Source: Myxococcota bacterium
GTDB taxonomy: Bacteria; Myxococcota_A; SURF-8
Length of the DNA stretch: 64,000 nucleotides
Reading direction: 5' to 3'
Assembly: GCA_965140415.1 (NCBI GenBank)
Contig: OZ223209.1
Span: forward strand, 928,001-992,000
In this document: piece after piece, positions 29,505-40,739 of the stretch
How positions within the stretch are numbered: position 1 is the stretch's first letter
Layout: every line of letters starts with the position of its first letter
Translations under genes and position numbers: made by a program
Notes under the pieces: generated by a model
Databases searched by the model: none
What the model saw: only the letters and a program-made list of their open reading frames with translations
What the model was told of the DNA's origin: nothing

Positions 29505-30653
29505 GTGTTTGTGAACGAGCAACGACAACTCGCACTGCTGTGGCTGGCAATGAAGCTGGGACCGGTAGGGCAGCGGCACGCCTTGGCCTGGATTCAGGAT
29601 GACAGGTTCTTTGAACGCACGAAACAGGACTGGCAATCCAGCGGATTGACCGAGGCGCAGTCACAAGCGCTTACCGGAACGAAGGGGCGCAAGCAGGCGG
29701 AACGAACCCTGTTGCGAATGCAGCAGGAAGGGATTCAAATCCTGCTAAGTGGTCAGGATGACTTCCCTTATTCCTTGCCAACCGCAGAATATCTGCCGCC
29801 GATTCTCTTCATCAAGGGATCACAGCACGCGTGGCGGCGCGCAGGCTTGGCCGTGGTTGGCACTCGCAAGCCGAGCGGCTATGGCCTTGAAATGGCAAAG
29901 GAAATCGCCTGCGAAGCAGCGTTACGCGGCATTCCGGTTGTAAGCGGTGCCGCGTTGGGAGTCGATACCGCCGCGCATCGGGGAGCCTTGCAGGCCGGTG
30001 GATTGACCGTGGCGGTATTGGGCTGCGGCTTGTTCCATACTTATCCGCCTTCCGCCAGGGAATTGCTGGAGCGCATCGCCGAAAACGGTGTATTGGTGAG
30101 CCAGTTCGACCCGGAACGTCGCCCGGATAAATCCACCTTCCCGATTCGCAATCAGGTTATTGCCGCTTTAAGCGAAGGTGTGGTGATCGTGGAAGGGCTG
30201 TTGCGCTCCGGCGCGGCTCATACGGCGCGTTTCGCCGGGAAAATGCAGCTTCCGCTCTACGCATTACCCGGAGATATCACCCGGCCCCAGGCGCAGTTGC
30301 CCAACCGCTTGATAACCGAAGGCGCGGTGCCGATTTTGATGCCTGCCGATCCGGTGGACCCGGTTGGGCGAAAACAGGCCGGTCAGGCGGAATTACCGCT
30401 ACAGCCTACGCGAAAACAGGCCAGGTCGAAATCGGGTCTTTCACCGAAGGATCTGTCTGCGTTGCCGGAATTGCAGCGACGACTTGTGAGTTGCATCAAC
30501 GAAGGCAGCGGTTCGGTAGATGAGTTATTGAGCGCCGGTCTTGGGGAGGCGGGCGAAATCAATCAGGCGTTATTGCAGTTGGAACTTTCCGGTTTGTTGC
30601 GACAGGAGCCCGGACGTCGCTATGCGCTGAACAAACCGGTTTCGGATAGCTAG
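29505..30653 (+). CDS. dprA: DNA-processing protein DprA
   Basis: AVVGTR, VVSGAALGVD..AH, AVLGCG, FPIRN.VIAALS, C-terminal winged helix. Confidence 0.93.
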   Translation: MFVNEQRQLALLWLAMKLGPVGQRHALAWIQDDRFFERTKQDWQSSGLTEAQSQALTGTKGRKQAERTLLRMQQEGIQILLSGQDDFPYSLPTAEYLPPILFIKGSQHAWRRAGLAVVGTRKPSGYGLEMAKEIACEAALRGIPVVSGAALGVDTAAHRGALQAGGLTVAVLGCGLFHTYPPSARELLERIAENGVLVSQFDPERRPDKSTFPIRNQVIAALSEGVVIVEGLLRSGAAHTARFAGKMQLPLYALPGDITRPQAQLPNRLITEGAVPILMPADPVDPVGRKQAGQAELPLQPTRKQARSKSGLSPKDLSALPELQRRLVSCINEGSGSVDELLSAGLGEAGEINQALLQLELSGLLRQEPGRRYALNKPVSDS

Positions 30654-30687
30654 AGGAGTTACGATTCATTATTGGCGATCACTTTTT

Positions 30688-30751
30688 GTAGCGGCGAGGC
30701 GTCAGCCCGCCGGAATACACCTTGAAAACGGTGGGCTTACTCCACCGCTAC
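30688..30751. repeat. Inverted REP doublet (BIME-like), family B
   Basis: GTAGCGGCGAGGCGTCAGCCCGCCG (+, 30688-30712) and GTAGCGGTGGAGTAAGCCCACCG (-, 30729-30751). Confidence 0.75.
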
Positions 30752-30822
30752 GGGAATCCAAAAAGTCTTTACCGCAAAAATGAATGAGACTGCTGTAAGA
30801 ATGGCGAAAGGAAACAGACAAC

Positions 30823-33061
<2,239 letters not shown>

Positions 33062-33081
<20 letters not shown>

Positions 33082-34444
33082 CCCGGACGTCGTAGTCGTC
33101 GGCGCGGGATTGGCCGGTTGCGAAGCGGCGCTGCAACTGGCCGGGCGCGGGCATCGCGTGCGCTTGTACGAACAGAAACCGGCGGCGCGCAGTGAAGCCT
33201 CGGCCTCGAATCTGTTTGCCGAACTGGTGTGCAGCAATTCCTTTCGCGCCAAAACCCCGGAAAATGCGGTCGGGATGCTCAAAGAGGAAATGGAGCGTCT
33301 CGGCTCCTTTTTCATGGCGGCAGCTCGTCAAAGCGAAATTCCCGCCGGTGGCGCCTTGGCGGTGGACCGGGAGCGTTTCAGCGCATGGCTGACGGGCCGG
33401 GTTCGAAACCATGCGAATATCGAAGTCGTCGAACAGGAAGTCACCGAGGTTCCCAAGGAAGCGGAGGAAGTGATCCTTGCAACCGGACCGTTGACCTCCG
33501 ATGCCTTTGCCGAACAGGTGGCGGCCTTGACCAACCGCGAGCATCTGCACTTTTACGACGCCATCGCCCCGATCGTCGAGGCGGACTCCATCGATCTGAA
33601 CAAGGCGTTCTTTCAATCGCGCTACGATAAAGGCGGCGACGATTACCTGAACTGTCCTTTCAGCAAAGCAGAATACGACGCCTTTGTGGCGGAACTGTTG
33701 CAGGCGGAAAAAGTCGCCCCGCGCGATTTCGAAAAACCTAAATATTTCGAAGGCTGCCTGCCGGTAGAAGTGCTGGCGGAGCGTGGCGAGAAGACCCTGG
33801 CTTTCGGACCGATGAAACCGGTGGGTCTGCTCGATCCGCATACCGGCAAAATGCCTTACGCCGTAATTCAGCTTCGCGCCGAAAACGCCAATAAAAGCGC
33901 GTATAGTCTGGTCGGTTTTCAGACGCGCATGAAGCACGCCGAGCAGCAGCGCGTCTTCCGCATGATTCCGGGCTTGGAACATGCGGTGTTCCAGCGTCTG
34001 GGCAGCGTGCATCGCAACACCTTTATCAATTCAACCCTGCTGGTGGATCGTCACATCCGCCTGCGTCGGGATCCGCGCATCAGTTTCGCCGGACAGCTTT
34101 CCGGCGTGGAAGGTTATGTGGAAAGCGCCGCCAGCGGTCTGGCCGTGGCGCTGTTCACCGACAGTCGCCTGCGGCGGCAGCCGATTCCGCCGATGCCATT
34201 GGAAACCATGATCGGCGCGCTGATGGCTTATCTGGTCCGAATGGACGAGCACTTCCAGCCTTCCAACGTTACTCACGGCATGCTGCCTGCTTTGCAGGGA
34301 AAGAAACTGCGCAAGCGTGACCGCAAGCTGGCGTATGCCGAGCGGGCGCGGGAAAAGCTGACCGAGTGGATCGTGCACAATCGCGTGGCGCTATTGACTC
34401 CGCGTCAAGAGGAAGCGACCGGGAGCGAGGAGCATGGCGCGTAA
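33062..34444 (+). CDS. trmFO: Methylenetetrahydrofolate--tRNA-(uracil-5-)-methyltransferase TrmFO (Gid)
   Basis: GAGLAGCEAA, AELVCSNS, FYDAIAPI, HRNTFINS, GVEGYVESAA. Confidence 0.96.
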
Positions 34445-34727
34445 GTCCATCGTCACCGAAGCCGCCAAAAAACCGGTGCGCCGCATCGGTTGGCGGCATA
34501 TTCTCTTGTATCTGATTCTGTTGGCGGTGCTATTGGGTTATATCTGGTGGAATCGCGTCTCCGAAGAACTGTACACCGTGCCTGCGCCTGCTGCCATTCC
34601 CGCACCACCCAAGCAAACAACCACCTTTCGCGTTGCGCCGCCTGCTCCGGCAAAACCGGCCTCGGATTCGACAACAGAAAAAAACCAACCTCAAGGCTCT
34701 GACACTACAACGCCTATCGCAGAGTGA
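34434..34727 (+). CDS. Small single-pass membrane protein with Pro/Thr-rich tail
   Basis: Overlaps the trmFO end, GAGGAG RBS, one TM helix. Confidence 0.65.
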   Translation: MARKSIVTEAAKKPVRRIGWRHILLYLILLAVLLGYIWWNRVSEELYTVPAPAAIPAPPKQTTTFRVAPPAPAKPASDSTTEKNQPQGSDTTTPIAE

Positions 34728-34728
34728 A

Positions 34729-35628
34729 TCAATGTAGCTGAGAATCGTCGTCGGTGGTGTTGACGCGCCCGGCGTTGATGGGATCGGTTTCAGAGGAATC
34801 GGTAGCTGTGCGCTTCCGTTTTTCGTTGACCGGTTCCGATGGCTGCTCCACTTGCTTGGCAGCGGTCTTCTTTTTGGGAGTGACGTTGCGTTTTGGAATG
34901 GTGCTCTGTTGCAGCACCGAAAGCAGGTGATTGATGAATCCCGGCGAAAAGCGCCGCGACCTGCGCAACAGCTTGATATCCTGAATCGAAATGCTGGGTA
35001 AAATCGCCATAACCAGCCGGGGCGGCGTATCGGGATTGTTGACCAGCGCCTTTTTGACTTCGTAGCGTGTGAACCAGCGCGGATTGTTGAACACCTCGCG
35101 CAGTACGTCGGGATGATTGGGCCGCCTGGCGCATATCTTGATGACGTCGCGTTCCAATAGGCGCGGATGGCGCAGCAGGTTGTGAATGACGGCGGGGTCC
35201 GGGTCCACCAGCAGTTTTTCGATTAACAGCGGGTCCGCTTTACGGGCCATCCACTTTCGCTCGCCCAGCGTCACATCCTGCAAATCCTGATGGGCATACA
35301 GTTTCGCCTGGCGTTTGGCTTTGATGGGAATCGGCGCCAGCCATTCGGCAGCCAGCATCAGTTTTTTGCGGTCGGCGATTTCGAAAATGCCGGACAGCCG
35401 CCGCCCCAGTTGGCGCTTGACCTCTGTAAAGTCACTGAGCGCCTCCAGCAGATCCAGGCAGTCGCGGTCCTTGTTCAAAGCGCGCCGATACAGCAAATCC
35501 AGTACATGCGCAATTTCCAGATCGCTGAAACGCGCCAGGTCACTGATGACACGCCGGGTTTTGAATTCGCGTTGTGGCAGCGAACTGACGCGGTCGACAA
35601 TGGCGGTCAGAATCTGGGCGTATTCCAT
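34729..35628 (-). CDS. Hypothetical helical-repeat (LRV/HEAT-like) protein
   Basis: TLGERK, LLVDPDPAVI..LL.HP, ALVNNPDTP repeats. Confidence 0.75.
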   Translation of the reverse strand: MEYAQILTAIVDRVSSLPQREFKTRRVISDLARFSDLEIAHVLDLLYRRALNKDRDCLDLLEALSDFTEVKRQLGRRLSGIFEIADRKKLMLAAEWLAPIPIKAKRQAKLYAHQDLQDVTLGERKWMARKADPLLIEKLLVDPDPAVIHNLLRHPRLLERDVIKICARRPNHPDVLREVFNNPRWFTRYEVKKALVNNPDTPPRLVMAILPSISIQDIKLLRRSRRFSPGFINHLLSVLQQSTIPKRNVTPKKKTAAKQVEQPSEPVNEKRKRTATDSSETDPINAGRVNTTDDDSQLH

Positions 35629-35743
35629 TGAATATTTCCGAGGTTATTCAGATGGAGATGAATATGCGCAGGCTGCGCCGAACCTGATGTATGGCAAAAA
35701 AGAAAGGATTGGTATTCGAACCCAAACAAGGTTGTCTAAAAGG

Positions 35744-36148
35744 TTACCAGCTACCGTGTGAGCCGTGTGAACCGTGTGAACCATGTGAACCATGGGAGCC
35801 ATGGGAAGAGTGCGAACTATGAGAACCATGAGAACCATGGGAACCATGGGAGCCATGCGAGCCGTGCGAGGAATGCGAACCGTGGGAACAGTGTGCGGCC
35901 TGCTCGGTGCCGTCAAGCCCCGGGGCATCGGCGCTGCCATTCAGGAAATCCTGATCCATGCCGCCGTCGAAGCCGTCGTGCTGATCCATGCCGTGATTCT
36001 CTTCCGCTTCCGCCCCTAGCGATTGACCCAGAAGCAGCAGCGTCGTCGATGCGGTCAACGCCTGCTTCTTCGTGATCTTCCCTTCCTCGCTGAGGAGAAA
36101 CTGAGCCACTTTTCTTTTGATTCTGGGGACCTTTTTATTGGTGCTCAC
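35744..36148 (-). CDS. His-Xaa-Ser repeat protein (HxsA-like putative RiPP precursor)
   Basis: AGGAGG RBS 8 nt before GTG. Basic leader KKVPRIKRKVAQFLLSEEGKITK, acidic spacer, 16 contiguous H-x-S triplets (35750-35893), terminal W. Confidence 0.85.
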   Translation of the reverse strand: MSTNKKVPRIKRKVAQFLLSEEGKITKKQALTASTTLLLLGQSLGAEAEENHGMDQHDGFDGGMDQDFLNGSADAPGLDGTEQAAHCSHGSHSSHGSHGSHGSHGSHGSHSSHSSHGSHGSHGSHGSHGSHGSW

Positions 36149-36276
36149 AGAACATTCCTCCTAGAAGAGGCCGATCTCTCGCCTCGGTACTGACGACCCA
36201 ATCTGCCGCATTCATAGACGATAAACACAATGCACGGCAACCTGCGAAGCGCCTCTCCAGACCCTCGTCTCCAATC

Positions 36277-36304
36277 ATTCTATCAATTTGACATCAGAAG
36301 TCAA
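36277..36304 (-). promoter_or_regulatory. sigma70-like promoter of the HxS-repeat gene
   Basis: Minus strand TTGACT-N16-TAGAAT with an extended TGn. The -35 lies in a TTGAC-N7-GTCAA palindrome. Confidence 0.55.
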
Positions 36305-36449
36305 GGACTAATATCCGTAAGTCAGATCGATTTGCACGGGAACTTTGTATGAAGAATTCAAAGGTTGGCTGCTTGCGGCCTTCCGTCAACTACTGAAGCC
36401 ATTCCAATGAAATCTTCGTCATTATGTCAGACATCGATGTCAGAATAGG

Positions 36450-36517
36450 TGTCGCGAATTGACTGCGACAGGAGCGCAATAATTACGCGAGGTGTTGCGC
36501 AGTAATTGCGCGACACC
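36450..36517. promoter_or_regulatory. Three phased palindromic boxes (putative enhancer-binding-protein UAS)
   Basis: TGTCGC-N9-GCGACA, GCGCAATAATTACGCG and GGTGTTGCGCAGTAATTGCGCGACACC, spaced ~22-23 bp apart. Confidence 0.55.
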
Positions 36518-36604
36518 CGATGGAATTTGGAAAATTACTATATTTTGCATACTAAAAAAAGAATTGGTAACCATTCTTATATGCTTTCTCGGTTGAATAC
36601 AATC

Positions 36605-36620
36605 TGGCATGAGTCGTGCT
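36605..36620 (+). promoter_or_regulatory. sigma54 (-24/-12) promoter
   Basis: TGGCATGAGTCGTGCT, exact GG-N10-GC spacing, ~58 nt before ATG 36678. Confidence 0.65.
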
Positions 36621-36677
36621 TATATATGCGGCGTTTGGCGCGAGGGGGTTCACCGACATCACAGGAGTAAAAACAAC

Positions 36678-37112
36678 ATGACGCAAGAAAAGAAACGAAA
36701 CATCCTAAGACGCTTGACCCTGACCCTGTTTGTTGTAAGCCTTCTCTTGGCCGGGTACACCATGGTGCAAGGCAACCGCGAGATCGAGGTTCCAAACGAG
36801 ATGCTCTTGCCGATGCTCAGCCAGAAGCAGTCCGGTTCGGTAACGGAAAGCATTTCACGAAACTTGAGTGAAGCTCGTGAGTTAAGCGAGAATTTCATTC
36901 TGGAAAGCGATAGCGGACGGCTGGAAAGCATTGAAACCGAATTCGACAAGCGTATGGGTGTGATTGCCAGCGAACTGGATCGACTCAGTGATGTGGATGA
37001 TCCGGGTTTGGAAGTGATTGTTGCCCAGTTGATGAGGTTGAGCGTGACCTATCGTAACGATGTCAAGACGGCCTTCACCAAGCATCGCCAGGATTTGGGT
37101 TTGGATAGCTGA
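36678..37112 (+). CDS. Membrane-anchored or exported helical-bundle protein (sensor ligand-binding-domain-like)
   Basis: AGGAG RBS, one N-terminal hydrophobic helix, amphipathic helices, no signalling domain. Confidence 0.65.
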   Translation: MTQEKKRNILRRLTLTLFVVSLLLAGYTMVQGNREIEVPNEMLLPMLSQKQSGSVTESISRNLSEARELSENFILESDSGRLESIETEFDKRMGVIASELDRLSDVDDPGLEVIVAQLMRLSVTYRNDVKTAFTKHRQDLGLDS

Positions 37113-37180
37113 TGCGTCTAATGGTTATTATTCATTAGGAAACTCAATAGGTTACCGAAAAGACTAGATTGAACTTTCAG

Positions 37181-37207
37181 AAAGCGGGCAAATAAGCCCG
37201 CTTTTTT
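37181..37207 (+). terminator. Rho-independent terminator (possibly bidirectional)
   Basis: AAAGCGGGC-aaataa-GCCCGCTTTTTT. Confidence 0.75.
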
Positions 37208-37297
37208 CTTGTCAAGTATTCAAATCCGGGAAAGAGAGACGTTTTGTCCTGTTTGGATAGATTTTCCTGGATTGTAATGTTCCCCCTTTCCGCGAGA

Positions 37298-37518
37298 TTC
37301 CGATGGAGCATTGGCTCCCGCCATGCTCCAACGGAAACCGGTATATATCGGTTCTTAATCATTTTCAGCCACCGATTCCAAGAATGTGTGCCATAGTCTT
37401 ACGCGATCGAAGATCGTGGAAGGCTGTGTGTCTTCAATAAGTTACACACGGCCCTCCGGAATTTCCATTCCGTGAGACCATGGCACATCGTGATTACTCG
37501 ATGGACAGAAATGAGTAA
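37298..37518 (-). ncRNA. Candidate structured non-coding RNA of unknown class
   Basis: Four-way junction (37387-37487) on an imperfect closing stem, plus two adjacent hairpins. GGAA and GGGA tetraloops on the minus strand. No credible ORF. Confidence 0.4.
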
Positions 37519-37535
37519 TACCTGCTCTAAACAAA

Positions 37536-37566
37536 ATCCCCCGGTCAATGTCATCAACCGGGGGAT
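37536..37566 (-). terminator. Rho-independent terminator of the DGD-repeat lipoprotein gene
   Basis: ATCCCCCGGT...ACCGGGGGAT stem followed by TTTGTTT on the minus strand. Confidence 0.75.
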
Positions 37567-37590
37567 GTGTAAACTGCATGTAAAGAAGCT

Positions 37591-40035
37591 TTACTTGCTA
37601 CTGTAGTATTCGTCCGCTCCCAGATCGAAACCGCTGTCATGACGTCGACGGTCGCCGTCGATATCGAAATAATGATAGAAACCGCTGTAATAAGCTTCCG
37701 GATCGATTCCGGCGTCCACCGCGCCATGCTCGTCGTCGGGCAGCGTGTAGCCGTTTTTGGCAAAACTGCTGGTCGCCAGATCGAAAGTGTTATCTCCAGA
37801 TGCGACGCAAGCCGTGAAGTTACAGGAGTTCAAATCGTCCGCTCCGATGCAGTTCCGGTTGTAGCCTTCCCATTGCAGGGTGTTGCATTGTGAATTGGTT
37901 CCCGTGAGTGCGTAAATGTTGTTGTTGAACAGGGTCACGTTCCCCGGAGAATGGAAGCTGACCCCCATCGAATCAACGCTGTCTCCCGTGTACACGATAT
38001 TGTTGATCATGGTGAGTGTGGTGCCGTAACTGCCAAGTTGCTGAGAATTGCTGACTCCCATGCTGTAGTAGCGACCGTCACCACCGAAAATGGTGTTGTT
38101 CACCAGCATGGTCGTAGCAGGTGAGGGAATGGCCAGCGCGATGACATCGCCACCGCTATTGGAGACATCCCAGCCGTTTCCTCCTTTGAAATAGTTGCCA
38201 ACAATGACCGACTCCACAAAGAAGCCGCCTTGCAGAATCGTTACGGCGGTGTAGGCATAGCCATTGCCGCCGTCGATCAGGTTATTGACCATGTCCAGTT
38301 TGCCGTGTACGCCATCATACCCATCGATTGCAATGCAGGTAATGTTGCCACTGGAATTCTCGCCACATTCAATGCTGTTGCGGCGCAACTCCAGCGACGA
38401 TCCGGCTTCGGCGTTGACCACTCTGAAAGCGGGGTCGTTCGACGAGGAATTCGTGCAGCCGTAAATGAGGTTATTCCACAAGATCAGTTTACCGTTATTG
38501 ACCACTTTCATCAGGGTAATGTCGCTGTGAACATCCTGCTCGTAGGCTCCGCATTGCAGCGTCAAGCCATCCAGTTTAGCCGTTTGGCCATCGACGGTCA
38601 GACCGACATCGCTATCCGCCGGGCGGTTGATTTGCGTCACGTGCGCTGCGTGGTTGCGGGTCCAGCCTGTGGCTTCGTAACCGCCGAAGATATCTGCTTC
38701 CAACGTCACAGCTTCCGTATATTCGCCTTCAGCGGCAATTACCTGCCTGTCGGTGTCGCGTGCCATGGCAATGGCTGAAGCCAGTGTTTCCTTTGGTTCA
38801 GAGGGAGTGCCGGGATTGAGATCGTCGCCGCCGTTGGTATTGACAAAGACGAAGAGCGACGCATTGCTGGCGGCAAGCAGATCACCGGAGTCGCAATCGT
38901 TATCCAGGCCGTCGTCTGGAATTTCGCTTGCGTCGGGGCGCACGAAGGGATTGGCATCGTTGCAGTCGGTGCCGGGAGTCACGCTGCGGCTGACGGTGCT
39001 GTCTCCCCAGTTGTCGAGATCCTCGTCTTTCATGCAGGCGTGAACCGCTTCGTTCGGGGCCGCGCCCGGATTGGTGTAGTAGTTGTTGTCATCGCAGTCG
39101 ATGGAAAGGCCCTGCGTGCCGCTGACGGCGTAACCATCGCCATCGTTATCGCCGGTGGTCGCATCGCCGAATTTGCCATCGCAGTTTTCATCCACGGCAT
39201 CCAGATCGTTGTCTTCGCGGGAAGGATTGATAAAGAAGTTGTTGTCGTTGCAGTCGTTGCCGCCTTCGCTCTGATCTTGATAGCCATCGCAATCGTCGTC
39301 CAGTCCCTCGTCGATGGTGCCATCGCAGTTGTTGTCCAGGCCATCGAAAGATTCAGTCAGGATGGAAGGATTCGCCAGGTTGCTGTCGTCGTTGCAGTCG
39401 CCCTGGTTTTCCGTGTAGCCGTCGTCATCGTCGTCCACATCCATATCACCGATCACGATTGCAGTGGCTACGCAGCTATCCGGCTGTTCTTCTTCATCCG
39501 CATCGCTGTCACCGTCTGTCATATCGCCATCGGGCATATCGCCGTCTGGCGTATCTCCATCAGGCATATCACCGTCTGGCGTATCGCCATCAGGCGTATC
39601 GCCATCGGCAGAATCGCCATCAGTGGAATCGCCATCAGTGGAATCGCCGTCAGTTGTATCGCCGTCGGTTGTATCGCCGTCGGTTGTATCGCCGTCAGTA
39701 GAATCGCCGTCAGTGGAATCGCCATCGGTTGTATCGCCGTCGGTTGTATCGCCGTCGGTTGTATCGCCATCAGCTATATCGCCGTCTGAAGAATCGCCGT
39801 CCGAGGAAGCTGGATAGGCGCAAAATGAGCCAGCGTCGACAGTCAGGCAGGTTTCGCCGCTTTCGCAATCGTCGTCGCTGCTGCAAGGACGATTTGTGTC
39901 GATCACCCAATCCACATCGCCGTCAGTGGTATCGCCGTCGCTGTCGCCGGGATCGTCGGAACTACTCGATTCGCAGGCACCGAGAATGAATGTTGCCGTA
40001 ATAAGTATACACAGTAAATAGAATTTCCGTTTCAT
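37591..40035 (-). CDS. Large surface lipoprotein: DGDxx repeats, putative metal-binding (MopE-like DCnD..DnnCD) repeats, beta-helix domain
   Basis: Lipobox LGAC, 20 DGDxx units, four DxDGY..DCxD..NP..DxxCD units, GDDxNPG..P.ET..AI cap, pectin-lyase-like NN-I repeats, C-terminal DIDG..R...DLGADE. Confidence 0.8.
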   Translation of the reverse strand: MKRKFYLLCILITATFILGACESSSSDDPGDSDGDTTDGDVDWVIDTNRPCSSDDDCESGETCLTVDAGSFCAYPASSDGDSSDGDIADGDTTDGDTTDGDTTDGDSTDGDSTDGDTTDGDTTDGDTTDGDSTDGDSTDGDSADGDTPDGDTPDGDMPDGDTPDGDMPDGDMTDGDSDADEEEQPDSCVATAIVIGDMDVDDDDDGYTENQGDCNDDSNLANPSILTESFDGLDNNCDGTIDEGLDDDCDGYQDQSEGGNDCNDNNFFINPSREDNDLDAVDENCDGKFGDATTGDNDGDGYAVSGTQGLSIDCDDNNYYTNPGAAPNEAVHACMKDEDLDNWGDSTVSRSVTPGTDCNDANPFVRPDASEIPDDGLDNDCDSGDLLAASNASLFVFVNTNGGDDLNPGTPSEPKETLASAIAMARDTDRQVIAAEGEYTEAVTLEADIFGGYEATGWTRNHAAHVTQINRPADSDVGLTVDGQTAKLDGLTLQCGAYEQDVHSDITLMKVVNNGKLILWNNLIYGCTNSSSNDPAFRVVNAEAGSSLELRRNSIECGENSSGNITCIAIDGYDGVHGKLDMVNNLIDGGNGYAYTAVTILQGGFFVESVIVGNYFKGGNGWDVSNSGGDVIALAIPSPATTMLVNNTIFGGDGRYYSMGVSNSQQLGSYGTTLTMINNIVYTGDSVDSMGVSFHSPGNVTLFNNNIYALTGTNSQCNTLQWEGYNRNCIGADDLNSCNFTACVASGDNTFDLATSSFAKNGYTLPDDEHGAVDAGIDPEAYYSGFYHYFDIDGDRRRHDSGFDLGADEYYSSK
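39502..39801 (-). repeat. 15-bp coding tandem repeat, 20 copies (DGDxx)
   Basis: GAY GGC GAT NNN NNN periodicity, e.g. gtatcgccgtcggtt repeated. Confidence 0.9.
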
Positions 40036-40365
40036 TAGTCCTCCACACGTATTGGTTCACTTCCCCTTGTCTCTTCATTTGGTGGGTATCATACCGTAAA
40101 TTCAGAACTATTTCGATAAAAAACTCAAATGGGCAGATCGGAGGGCCGGGGCAACTTGTAAGCATTTACGAGTTTATTGTGTGGCAGCGTCTCACCACAT
40201 TCGAAGGTTGAAGGGAGGCTGTGTGCATTTTTTGGGGAAATGTCACACGATCTCCCGGAATTTATATTCTATTTGACCATGTCACATGGCGATTTAACGA
40301 TGGATAAATTGAGGTATGCCTGCTTTCAAATCGATCAAATTTCGTCGGCCCCATTCCGACCGAAG

Positions 40366-40408
40366 ATGACCGGTAAATGACCGGTAAATGACCAGTAAAT
40401 GACCGTAA
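40366..40408 (+). repeat. 11-bp tandem repeat ATGACCGGTAA, 4 degenerate copies
   Basis: atgaccggtaa atgaccggtaa atgaccagtaa atgaccgtaa. Inverted copy at 40508-40521. Confidence 0.8.
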
Positions 40409-40739
40409 ACGAGCAGTTGAAATTACCTGAATTTATGCGGCAAAACGGCAAACAGGAATATGGGTCGCGTATTGGCTGCTTTGTAATGCAATATGCGAAA
40501 ATCAAGTGGTCATTTACGGTCGGGTGATGCGTTTTAGTGTGATTCTAGTGTGCATTTTGTGTGGTTTTAGTACGTTTGGCACCGCGTAGTGGCGCAGTTG
40601 TCGGAATAATCGGTTTTTTACCCTGAGTCAAAGTGCTATTTCTGACATCTCCGTCGGGTGCTTTTTTCCGATATCGCTTCCAAGTTGAAAATATGCTAAA
40701 CTACATTCGTGAAACATTCTTGAACTTCAGGAGGCCGTC

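Noticed and set aside
35711-35723. tRNA T-loop-like GGGTTCGAATACC on the minus strand
   Set aside because: No acceptor, D or anticodon arms around it
35750-35893. Possible CRISPR array in the short repeats here, at 39502-39801 and at 40366-40408
   Set aside because: These are tandem 9-, 15- and 11-bp units with no unique spacers, and there are no cas genes
35644-36075. Alternative-frame repeat ORFs (MAPMV.., NHEN.., MRT..)
   Set aside because: Other frames of the HxS repeat. Only the H-x-S frame has an RBS and third-position variation
37177-37362. 61-aa minus-strand ORF in the structured intergenic region
   Set aside because: No RBS, runs through a terminator, and the composition is not protein-like
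40036-40739. Metal (NiCo/cobalamin) riboswitch upstream of the His-tailed TrmO gene
   Set aside because: Conserved core sequences of these riboswitches were not found by eye
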